This document shows positions 40,710 through 48,664 of a stretch of DNA of 64,000 bases, piece by piece. Location of the stretch: assembly GCA_043812195.1 (NCBI GenBank), contig JBDRML010000029.1, positions 1 through 64,000 of the forward strand, in the 5' to 3' direction. Below the pieces are notes generated by a model. The model was not told the origin of the DNA. It saw only the letters and a list, made by a program, of their open reading frames with translations, and made no database searches. The position numbers and the translations under genes are program-made. The first letter of the stretch is position 1. Every line of letters starts with the position of its first letter. The DNA is from Candidatus Woesearchaeota archaeon. GTDB taxonomy: Archaea; Nanobdellota; Nanobdellia; SCGC-AAA011-G17; PNOQ01.

Positions 40710-42116
40710 ATGAAAAAAAGAGTCTTATTCTGGATACTATTAATTCTCATAATTATACCAATTTCATACTCAGCAGATATATTGCTAATGGAATCTCCTT
40801 TACAAGATATTATTGTAGGAGATAATGGAGAAGTTCAATACACAGTTCTAATTACAAACAATCAAGAAGTAAAAGACAGCTTCAGATTTGTACTCCCATC
40901 AGTATATACAGGTTGGAGAATAGAAAATGTACCAGCCCAAATAACAATACAATCACTAGAATCAGAAGATGTTTTATTAAAGATTATACCAACAAAACTT
41001 CCTTTACCAGATGATTACGGACTAGGCATTAAGGTAGTTTCAAATGCAAATGAAAGCCAGTTCATAGAACATACATTTACATTCAAAGTTGTAACATATA
41101 AAGATGCAATCAAAACCAAATTAATAGCACCAGAAAATATAAACCCAAATCAAGAAAATCTAATAAGAGTACAATTAGAAAATAAATATGATGTAACAAT
41201 TAAAGATATCAAACTAATTTTAGAAAATGAATATTTTACAGAAGAAATGTTAATAGCTTTAAGACCATACGAAACTGTAACAAAGGATTTTGTAATTAAT
41301 TTTGAACCTCCAGTAGAAAAGGGATTAACTGATGTTAAAATAAAAATCCAAAAAACAAAAGATGATCAAATAGTAATAGAAAAAACAGAAACAATAGAAG
41401 TAGGTGATTTCGATATAATAGAAAGTATAACAAGTCCTCTAAGTGAATTCTTACTAAAAAAAGAGGTTATAACAAAAACAAATAATGGCAACACAATATC
41501 CACAGAAACTTTCACAAAAAGAATCGGTTTTTTTGAAAAATTATTCACAAAAACAAATATAGATCCAAACCAAGTAACAAAAGATGGAAATTCTTATTTA
41601 TTAACTTGGGAATTTAAATTAGAACCTAATGAAACTAGATTAATAGAAATAGAAACAAACTACAGATATTTTATATTAGCACTTATAGTTTTAGCATTTT
41701 TAATTTATTTAATTTACAGAATGAGAAGAAGAGATTTATCAATTTCAAAAAAATTAACATACTTAACAAGATCTAAAGAAGGAATATCTTCAATGAATAT
41801 TCAATTATCAGTTAGAAACATTTCAGGAAAAACTCTTAATAACATAAAAGTTATGGACGCAACAATAAGAACCACAGAAAAACCAGATAATTTCGGTTCT
41901 TTAAAACCAAAAACAATACAGATAGGAGAATTTTCAACAAGAATGATGTGGGAAATTCCAGTTATTAGAAAAAATGAAGAAATCATAATATCATATACAG
42001 CTAAATCTAAAATCCCTTTAATGTTAGATGTTAAATTACCACCAGCAATGTTAAAATATATATCAGGAAAAAGAAGATTTATAATAAAATCAAATACTAT
42101 TAAATTATTCAGTTAA
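40710..42116 (+). CDS. membrane-anchored protein with Ig-like/beta-sandwich domains
   Basis: Signal peptide, beta-rich domains, internal TM helix YFILALIVLAFLIYLIY. Confidence 0.7.
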   Translation: MKKRVLFWILLILIIIPISYSADILLMESPLQDIIVGDNGEVQYTVLITNNQEVKDSFRFVLPSVYTGWRIENVPAQITIQSLESEDVLLKIIPTKLPLPDDYGLGIKVVSNANESQFIEHTFTFKVVTYKDAIKTKLIAPENINPNQENLIRVQLENKYDVTIKDIKLILENEYFTEEMLIALRPYETVTKDFVINFEPPVEKGLTDVKIKIQKTKDDQIVIEKTETIEVGDFDIIESITSPLSEFLLKKEVITKTNNGNTISTETFTKRIGFFEKLFTKTNIDPNQVTKDGNSYLLTWEFKLEPNETRLIEIETNYRYFILALIVLAFLIYLIYRMRRRDLSISKKLTYLTRSKEGISSMNIQLSVRNISGKTLNNIKVMDATIRTTEKPDNFGSLKPKTIQIGEFSTRMMWEIPVIRKNEEIIISYTAKSKIPLMLDVKLPPAMLKYISGKRRFIIKSNTIKLFS

Positions 42117-42149
42117 CTTTATAAATAAAATACATACTTTTAATTCTAT

Positions 42150-42270
42150 CTCGCGGTAGCTCAATGGCAGAGTACTCGGCTGTAGATGCTATTCGACTAG
42201 GCGCTTAGCTTTGAATGAAAAATAGCCAGCCGATCCCGAGAGGTTGTGGGTTCAAATCCCACCCGCGAGA
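42150..42270 (+). tRNA. tRNA-Tyr(GUA) with a ~49-nt anticodon-loop intron
   Basis: Acceptor CTCGCGG/CCGCGAG (C1-G72), anticodon stem CTCGG/CCGAG, CT-GTA, T arm GTGGG-TTCAAAT-CCCAC; intron stem GCTATT/AATAGC; junction 37/38 or 38/39 is uncertain. Confidence 0.92.
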
Positions 42271-42333
42271 TATTTTTTTATCTTGCCATACACCACCAAA
42301 AATGATTTATAAATAAAAATTAATGTACAATTA

Positions 42334-42993
42334 ATGAGAATCACCAAGAAGTTAGCAGAGTTATGTGGTATCATAGTTGGAGATGGTTGTATAACTTATT
42401 ATAAAAAGAATGGTGATTATAAGGTAGAAATTTTTGGAGATTATAAAGAATTAGAATATCATAGTTACATAAAAACTCTTTTCAAAGAAATATTCAATAA
42501 AGAGCCAAAAACAAAATTGAATAAAGATGGAATTTCTCTTTGCTTACATTCAAAAGAAGTCTTAGACAAATTGATAGGATTAGGTATTCCAATAGGAAAG
42601 AAAAAAGATGTAATTAGAATTCCTCCCAAAATAATGTCAAACAAAGGATTAACAAAATGTTTTATTAGAGGATTAGCCGATACAGATTTCAGTGTTTGTT
42701 TTAAAAAAGGAGGAAGAATCAAAAACTCTTATCCTAGAATTACTGTAGAAATGCATTCTAAAAAACTGATAAAAGATATAAAACTAAGTTTGGAATCTTT
42801 AGGAATTACATGCTACTACTATGAAAGAACCAGAAATACACCTTTTGGTATATTTCAATCATATAGTTTAGATATAAATGGAAACAAAAAATTTGAAAAA
42901 TGGATGAGATTAATAGGATTTAAAAATAAAAAACATCTATCAAAAATAGAATTCTGGAAGAAAAACGGATATTATCAAAAGAATTGTTCTTAA
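42334..42993 (+). CDS. free-standing two-motif LAGLIDADG endonuclease-family protein
   Basis: LAELCGIIVGDG and FIRGLADTDFS motifs, YPRI, KWMRLIGFKN; own TATA box. Confidence 0.88.
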   Translation: MRITKKLAELCGIIVGDGCITYYKKNGDYKVEIFGDYKELEYHSYIKTLFKEIFNKEPKTKLNKDGISLCLHSKEVLDKLIGLGIPIGKKKDVIRIPPKIMSNKGLTKCFIRGLADTDFSVCFKKGGRIKNSYPRITVEMHSKKLIKDIKLSLESLGITCYYYERTRNTPFGIFQSYSLDINGNKKFEKWMRLIGFKNKKHLSKIEFWKKNGYYQKNCS

Positions 42994-43080
42994 TTCCTGT
43001 TAAGTACGTCAAATTTAAAATCTTTCAGCAACATTTTTATTTATTCTAGAAATAATTTTTTCATTAAATCATTCAAATTT

Positions 43081-43698
43081 TTACTGTCTTAATAATTCAA
43101 TTGCCTTTTTTGCTCGCAGGTAAGAACTTCCTTCTAAATAAGAATCTCGTCCAAATAATACAATGCCTAATCTTTCCAAACTTGTTTTTCCTGCTAAATG
43201 CTTTTCAAATTCGCCAGTCATTGCTTCAACTGCTTCTTCTAGTGGAACTTGATATAATCCTGTTCCCAAAGCCGGAAATCCAATTGATGTTAATCCATGT
43301 TCTTTTCCAAGTTCCAATACATTTCTTGTACTCTCAGCAATGACATCTTTATTGCAATATAATCCAGATTCAGGATCATAATTTAAAGCAACAGAATGAA
43401 TAACATGTTTTGCAGGCAATTTTCCACCAGTTGTCAAATGGGCTGAATATAATGGTACTTTTCCTCGCATCCCATGAATATCCAATTCTCCATGTTCTTA
43501 AGCGTATCTGTCTGCAACTCTGGATGCTTCGTCAAAAATTTCAATTCCACCATCTCTTGCTACAAATCCTTGAACGCCCATACCTGCAAAATCTAAATCT
43601 GGATTCGCAGAAATAACAATTGCGTCGGCATTGTATCTTGTGATGCTTCCTTCAGCAAGTTCTATTTTTCCCTTACCTGCTCGATATTCTGTTTTCAT
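43081..43698 (-). pseudogene. macro domain protein with a single in-frame TAA at 43498-43500
   Basis: EGSITRYNADAIVISAN...GMGVQG, then TAA, then in frame TTGGKLPAKHVIH...SIGFPALGTG. Confidence 0.85.
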
Positions 43699-43803
43699 AC
43701 TATAGAGAATAAAATTAATCTTTATAAATCTTTCGGTTTTTGACTATTTCTTAGTAGTTACAAAAATCATAAAATTGCCAAATTTAAAAGCTCGCAACAA
43801 CTT

Positions 43804-44217
43804 TTATCTAATATCACCCACATTAATCAAATATTCAATATTCGGAGCAACTTTATACTTTCCAGCTTTAATCTCTTCAATATCCAACCACTTAACTTCA
43901 ACAGTTGGTGCCATAGCTTTCAAATCCTCTCTATTAGAAATCAACTTAGCCAAATAATGTATCAAAACAATAGTCATCTTCTCTTTCGTAGTAGGATTTT
44001 CCCATAAAATCATCGGATGCAATGGTTTAATTATTTCAATTTCTCCACCAACTTCTTCTTTAAACTCTCTTCTGCATGCCTCTTCCAAACTTTCAACATT
44101 TTCCTCAACAGCACCACCGGGTATTTTATAGAAATCATCCTTAGTATCTTTATTAACTAATAACTTTCCATCTTCAATAATCACAGGTCCAGAAGCAATT
44201 ATGTATTTTCCTTCCAT
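43804..44217 (-). CDS. NUDIX hydrolase
   Basis: PGGAVEENVESLEEACRREFKEEVG Nudix box. Confidence 0.9.
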   Translation of the reverse strand: MEGKYIIASGPVIIEDGKLLVNKDTKDDFYKIPGGAVEENVESLEEACRREFKEEVGGEIEIIKPLHPMILWENPTTKEKMTIVLIHYLAKLISNREDLKAMAPTVEVKWLDIEEIKAGKYKVAPNIEYLINVGDIR

Positions 44218-44308
44218 AATACCAATAACATATAACAATTTAAAAATCTTCGTTTTAAAACAAATCCATCCAAAAGCCTTAAAAATACAGTAACATTACC
44301 TAAAACAC

Positions 44309-45046
44309 ATGGAACATATAAAAGAAGAGGTACCCAGATTAGTTGATGAATATTCTAAAGAAGATAATAACGAATTCAGGCATGTAATACCATCAATTCT
44401 CAAAAAAGGGTTAGATAAGGTAAATTTATCAATGTTTGATGAAGAAACCAAAAAAAGACTTCTTATAGCAGTAGGAGATGAATATTTAAAAAGAGGAAGT
44501 ATAACAGAAGCATTCAATATTTTTAAACAATTAAACTACAAAGAAAAACTAGCAGAAGTAGGTGACGAACAATACAAACTAGGCCTATACAATCAAGCAA
44601 TAGAATCTTACAGATTATCAGAAAATCATTCAAAATTAAGAAATATAGGTGAAAATTTATTAAGAAATGGTCACTTAAATGAAGCAATAAAATCATTCAC
44701 AATCCTAAAAGACACAGAACAACTAAAAGAAGTAGGACAAATTTGTTTAGAAAAAAACAAATATCCACAAGCAATAGAAATTTTTAAAGCATTAGAAGAC
44801 ACCACAAAAATAATAGAGTTAGGAGAACACTGCCTAAAAGATAATCAACTAGACTTAGCACTAAGAGCATTTGAAATAATACAAGACAAAGAAAGATTAA
44901 ACAAAGTAGCAGATAAATTTTTAAAATTCGGTTCAGTATCAAAAGCAGTAAAAGCATATGAGTTAGCAGGAAATCATTCCATGATAACATTTATAAAAGA
45001 AAATTTCAGTGAAAGCACAATAAAAAGAGATAGTTCTTACATATAA
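44309..45046 (+). CDS. TPR-like alpha-helical repeat protein
   Basis: ~29-aa repeats of the form L.EVG...L.......AI..F. Confidence 0.75.
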   Translation: MEHIKEEVPRLVDEYSKEDNNEFRHVIPSILKKGLDKVNLSMFDEETKKRLLIAVGDEYLKRGSITEAFNIFKQLNYKEKLAEVGDEQYKLGLYNQAIESYRLSENHSKLRNIGENLLRNGHLNEAIKSFTILKDTEQLKEVGQICLEKNKYPQAIEIFKALEDTTKIIELGEHCLKDNQLDLALRAFEIIQDKERLNKVADKFLKFGSVSKAVKAYELAGNHSMITFIKENFSESTIKRDSSYI

Positions 45047-45086
45047 TCTACAAATCTTTATATAATTCCTATAACTTCATAAATAT

Positions 45087-45920
45087 ATGAAGAAGATTCA
45101 AGAAATTTTAGGTATAGCAGTAACAAGGATAGCAAGAGAAATCGAAGCTAATATTATTGTTTCTATAGATTCTATTCCAGATATAGAATACGAAGATACT
45201 GATGATTTTCAGGTAAAGATAATAATATTCAAAAAAATAAAAGAGGAGGTCTACAGAAAAACTGAATATGTCATAAAAATAAAAAACTTAGAATATGGAT
45301 CAATTACACCAGTAAAAGAAATAATAATGGATGCAATTACAAAAGGTCACATTAATAAAGGCGATACAGTAATATGCACCCAAGACAGCAAATTAGGATT
45401 TGGCTATAAAGGAGTTATTTTTATATTTGAAATAGACGATACTTTCTTCCAAATAAGCAGACATAAATTATCTGAAAAAATAGGATCAGAAGTTATAGAA
45501 GCAACATTAAATATATCAAAAGAAATAGCACAAGAAGGCAGAGAAGGAAAAAGAGTTGGAACAGCTTTTATAATAGGAAATATATCAGAACTATCAAAAT
45601 ATATGAAACAATTAATTATTAACCCATTTCAAAACCTAGAAGAAAGACCTAAAGTTACAGACCCAAAAATGAGAGAATCAATAAAAGAGTTTGCGCAGTT
45701 AGACGGAGTGTTTATACTAGATGAAGAAGGCCATATAATAAGTGCAGGAACATATATAAATATAGATCATTCAGATATAAATTTGCCAGAGGGTTTTGGG
45801 ACAAAACATAGATCAGCTATAGCTTTAACAAGTAAAACAGATTCATTAGCTATTGTTATTTCAGAATCAGGTGGAAAAATAAGAGTCATAAAAGCAGGAA
45901 AAATTATACTTAAAATCTAA
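45087..45920 (+). CDS. diadenylate cyclase (DisA_N domain, DacZ-like)
   Basis: EGREGKRVGTAFIIG, KEFAQLDGVF, GFGTKHRSA, ISESGG. Confidence 0.88.
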   Translation: MKKIQEILGIAVTRIAREIEANIIVSIDSIPDIEYEDTDDFQVKIIIFKKIKEEVYRKTEYVIKIKNLEYGSITPVKEIIMDAITKGHINKGDTVICTQDSKLGFGYKGVIFIFEIDDTFFQISRHKLSEKIGSEVIEATLNISKEIAQEGREGKRVGTAFIIGNISELSKYMKQLIINPFQNLEERPKVTDPKMRESIKEFAQLDGVFILDEEGHIISAGTYINIDHSDINLPEGFGTKHRSAIALTSKTDSLAIVISESGGKIRVIKAGKIILKI

Positions 45921-45956
45921 ATATAACGTCTTATTTAAATACTCATCGTCTTAAAA

Positions 45957-45972
45957 ACAAAAGCTTTATATA
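45957..45972 (+). promoter_or_regulatory. BRE-TATA promoter of the tRNA-Asp/tRNA-Lys/rpoH region
   Basis: AAAAGCTTTATATA, the motif class found before most transcription units in this window. Confidence 0.6.
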
Positions 45973-46077
45973 TTACCTCTTTTCCCAGAATATATTACAA
46001 AGCAAAGGTACCTCTCTACAATGTCCAACCATGATTACTAAAAGTCATATTTACTAACGACCTAGAGAGTGCTATGT

Positions 46078-46180
46078 GCCCTGATGGTGTAGTTGGCTAT
46101 CATACGGCCCTGTCGAGGCCGTGACCCGGGTTCAAATTTCCCATAGCCTAAAAAAAGGATTGAAAGTCCCGGTCAGGGCG
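46078..46180 (+). tRNA. tRNA-Asp(GUC) with a 30-nt intron in the T loop (59/60; 46137-46166)
   Basis: Acceptor GCCCTGA/TCAGGGC, anticodon arm CGGCC-CTGTCGA-GGCCG, T stem CCGGG/CCCGG; central helix TTCA/TGAA with bulges AA^T and AG^T. Confidence 0.93.
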
Positions 46181-46228
46181 TATCTTTGCAAAAAGATGGA
46201 CTGGTAGCTCAGCTTGGTAGAGCACTTG

Positions 46229-46880
46229 AGGAGATAAGCAAAAATGAAAGTACAAATTCCAAATGAACCAACAATCAATTTAGCAGAAGAGTTCGGAATA
46301 CATATTGGTGATGGGAGTATGAACTTTTATAAAGAAAAGGGATTGGTATCTATAGCAATAAATCCAAACGAAAAAAAATATATGGATTTCATTAAAAGAC
46401 TTTATTGGAGTCTATATAAAGTAAGTGTTAACTTAAGAAATTGGAGTAGGGCATATGGATTTCAACTAAGCTCTAACGAATTGGTTGAATTCAAATATAA
46501 ACAAGGTCTCCCATTAGGAAAAAAGGAAAATATAAATATTCCTCATTGGATAAAGAAAAACGAACAATATCAAAAAGCATGTCTAAGAGGAATATTTGAC
46601 ACAGATGGTACACTGTATATTGAAAAAAAGTACAATAAACCCTATCCAAGAATACAAATTTCGAGTATATCTCAAAATTTAATTAAAGATATACATGAAA
46701 TATTAGTCAATTTGGATTTTAAAGTTAGTCTATGGAAAGAAAATTTTAGAAATAAGAACTGGAAAACAAGACATGTAATTGCCTTAAGAGGATATAAACA
46801 AGTTCAAAAATGGATGGATGAAATAGGCACTAATAATCCCAAAAATTTAGAAAAATATAATAAGCTTATCTTCAGGTGAA
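46229..46880 (+). mobile_element. BHB/BHL-type tRNA intron encoding a homing endonuclease
   Basis: Terminal stem GGAGATAAGC/GCTTATCTTC, central helix CACT/GGTG, bulges TG^A and AA^G, outer helix AGAG/CTTT. Confidence 0.88.
46244..46879 (+). CDS. intron-encoded two-motif LAGLIDADG endonuclease
   Basis: LAEEFGIHIGDG and CLRGIFDTDG motifs; ORF lies wholly inside the tRNA-Lys intron. Confidence 0.9.
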   Translation: MKVQIPNEPTINLAEEFGIHIGDGSMNFYKEKGLVSIAINPNEKKYMDFIKRLYWSLYKVSVNLRNWSRAYGFQLSSNELVEFKYKQGLPLGKKENINIPHWIKKNEQYQKACLRGIFDTDGTLYIEKKYNKPYPRIQISSISQNLIKDIHEILVNLDFKVSLWKENFRNKNWKTRHVIALRGYKQVQKWMDEIGTNNPKNLEKYNKLIFR

Positions 46881-46944
46881 GCTTTTAACCAAGGGGTCGC
46901 GGGTTCAAATCCCGTCCGGTCCACTTTTAAATTACGAGAAAAAA

Positions 46945-47184
46945 ATGGAAGAATTTGACATAAAAAAACATAGCTTAGCCACAGTACATACAAAGCTAAC
47001 AGAGGAAGAAAAACAAGAGCTTCTTAAAAAATTCAACATCACAATAGATCAATTACCAATGATTCAAAAAAAAGATCCTGCTATTCAACATTTAGAACCA
47101 AGAATCGGAGATATCATTAAAGTCATAAGAGATACTCCAACTAATAAAGATAGTCCATTCTTTAGGGTTATTGTACATGGTTAA
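46945..47184 (+). CDS. rpoH: RNA polymerase subunit H (Rpo5)
   Basis: FDIKKHSL, QLPMIQKKDPAI, GDIIKVIRDTPT, FRVIV; start is the ATG after the tRNA. Confidence 0.95.
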   Translation: MEEFDIKKHSLATVHTKLTEEEKQELLKKFNITIDQLPMIQKKDPAIQHLEPRIGDIIKVIRDTPTNKDSPFFRVIVHG

Positions 47185-48664
47185 AAATTACAAAAAAATT
47201 ATAGGGAACTATTTCAAAGAACATTCTTTTATAGAGCATGATATAGATTCATTCAATTTATTCTTAGAAAAAAACTTACAAAGTGTTATAGATGAAGTAA
47301 AAGAAATTGTACCAACTATAATTCCACAAGAATATGAAAACTTTAAAATTAAATTAAGTAGAATTAGAGTAGAGAAACCAGAAATTGTAGACGCAGATGG
47401 ATCTAAAAGAGCAATATATCCTACAGAAGCAAGATTAAGAAAGTTAACATATTCAGCTCCAGTATATCTAGAAATAAGTGCATATATAAATGATATTCAA
47501 AGGGATTCTTTCACAACACAAATAGGAAAGCTACCAATAATGTTAAAATCAAAATTCTGTCATTTATATGGTTTAAATAAAGAAGAACTAATAAAACACG
47601 GAGAAGATCCTGATGACCCTGGTGGATATTTTATACTAAACGGAAATGAAAGAGTTTTAGTAACAATTGAAGACTTAGCATCAAACAAAATATTTGTATC
47701 ACCAGCAGCAACAGGACCAAGTAAATTTGTAGGTAAAATGTATTCTGAAAAAGAAAATTACAGAATTCCACACACACTAGAACACACTAAAGATGGAATA
47801 TATTACTTAAGTTTTGCAAGATTCAAACGTGTGCCTGCTATTGCAATAATCAAGGCACTTGGTCTTTTAAAAGACCAAGAAATTATGCAATCTATTTCTC
47901 CTGACAAAATTTACGATGATGTTCTAATAAACCTTTACAATTCTATTGAGCTAAAAACAAAAGAAGAAGCATTAGAATTTTTAGCCAAAAAAATAGGTCT
48001 AACACAAAAGGATTTGAGAGAAGAAAAAACAATGGAACAATTAGATAGATACTTACTTCCTCATTTAGGAACTACACCAAAAGACAGAACATTAAAAGCC
48101 CATAATCTATGTAAATTCATAAGAAAATTCATACTAGTTTCTCAAGAAGGAATAAAACTTCCACCAAAAGATCATTACATGAATAAAAGACTTAAATTAA
48201 GTGGAGATTTATTATCAGATTTATTCAGGGTAAATATTAGATCGTTAATTCAAGATATATTATACAATTTCCAGAGACTTGTTAAGAGAGGAAAATTTAC
48301 ATCAATAAGAACAGTCATAAGAGAACAACTTCTAACTTCAAGAATTAAAAGTGCTATGGCAACAGGAACATGGCCAGGTGGTAGATCAGGAGTAAGTCAA
48401 AATATGGCAAGAACCAACTCAATAGATACAATGTCTAATTTACAAAGAATTGTTAGTTTATTAACATCCAGTCAAGAAAATTTTGAAGCTAGAGCATTAC
48501 ATGCAACACATTGGGGAAGGTTGTGTCCAGTTGAAACTCCAGAAGGTACTCCAATTGGACTAAGAAAGAACTTATCTTTAATGGCAACTATAACAAAAGT
48601 AGATTCAAGTGAAGAAAAAATAAAAAAAAGTATGGAAAACATAGGTCTAACCATAATAAAATGA
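47177..48664 (+). CDS. rpoB2: RNA polymerase subunit B''
   Basis: PTEARLRKLTYSAP, DPGGYFILNGNERV, HWGRLCPVETPEG. Confidence 0.96.
   Translation: MVKNYKKIIGNYFKEHSFIEHDIDSFNLFLEKNLQSVIDEVKEIVPTIIPQEYENFKIKLSRIRVEKPEIVDADGSKRAIYPTEARLRKLTYSAPVYLEISAYINDIQRDSFTTQIGKLPIMLKSKFCHLYGLNKEELIKHGEDPDDPGGYFILNGNERVLVTIEDLASNKIFVSPAATGPSKFVGKMYSEKENYRIPHTLEHTKDGIYYLSFARFKRVPAIAIIKALGLLKDQEIMQSISPDKIYDDVLINLYNSIELKTKEEALEFLAKKIGLTQKDLREEKTMEQLDRYLLPHLGTTPKDRTLKAHNLCKFIRKFILVSQEGIKLPPKDHYMNKRLKLSGDLLSDLFRVNIRSLIQDILYNFQRLVKRGKFTSIRTVIREQLLTSRIKSAMATGTWPGGRSGVSQNMARTNSIDTMSNLQRIVSLLTSSQENFEARALHATHWGRLCPVETPEGTPIGLRKNLSLMATITKVDSSEEKIKKSMENIGLTIIK

Larger units (their letters stand above)
46198..46923 (+). 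tRNA. tRNA-Lys(UUU) split by a 652-nt intron at position 30/31
   Basis: Exon 46198-46228 (GGACTGG TA GCTC AGCTTGGTA GAGC A CTTG) joined to exon 46881-46923 (G CTTTTAA CCAAG GGGTC GCGGG TTCAAAT CCCGT CCGGTCC A) gives a complete cloverleaf. Confidence 0.93.

Noticed and set aside
40324-43500. Stop-codon reassignment suggested by in-frame TAA codons in the STAS and macro genes
   Set aside because: TAA ends most conserved genes at the expected positions, so isolated nonsense lesions or sequence errors are more likely.
46876-46944. N-terminal extension of RpoH in the ORF track
   Set aside because: It is a translation of the tRNA-Lys 3' exon; the real start is the ATG at 46945.
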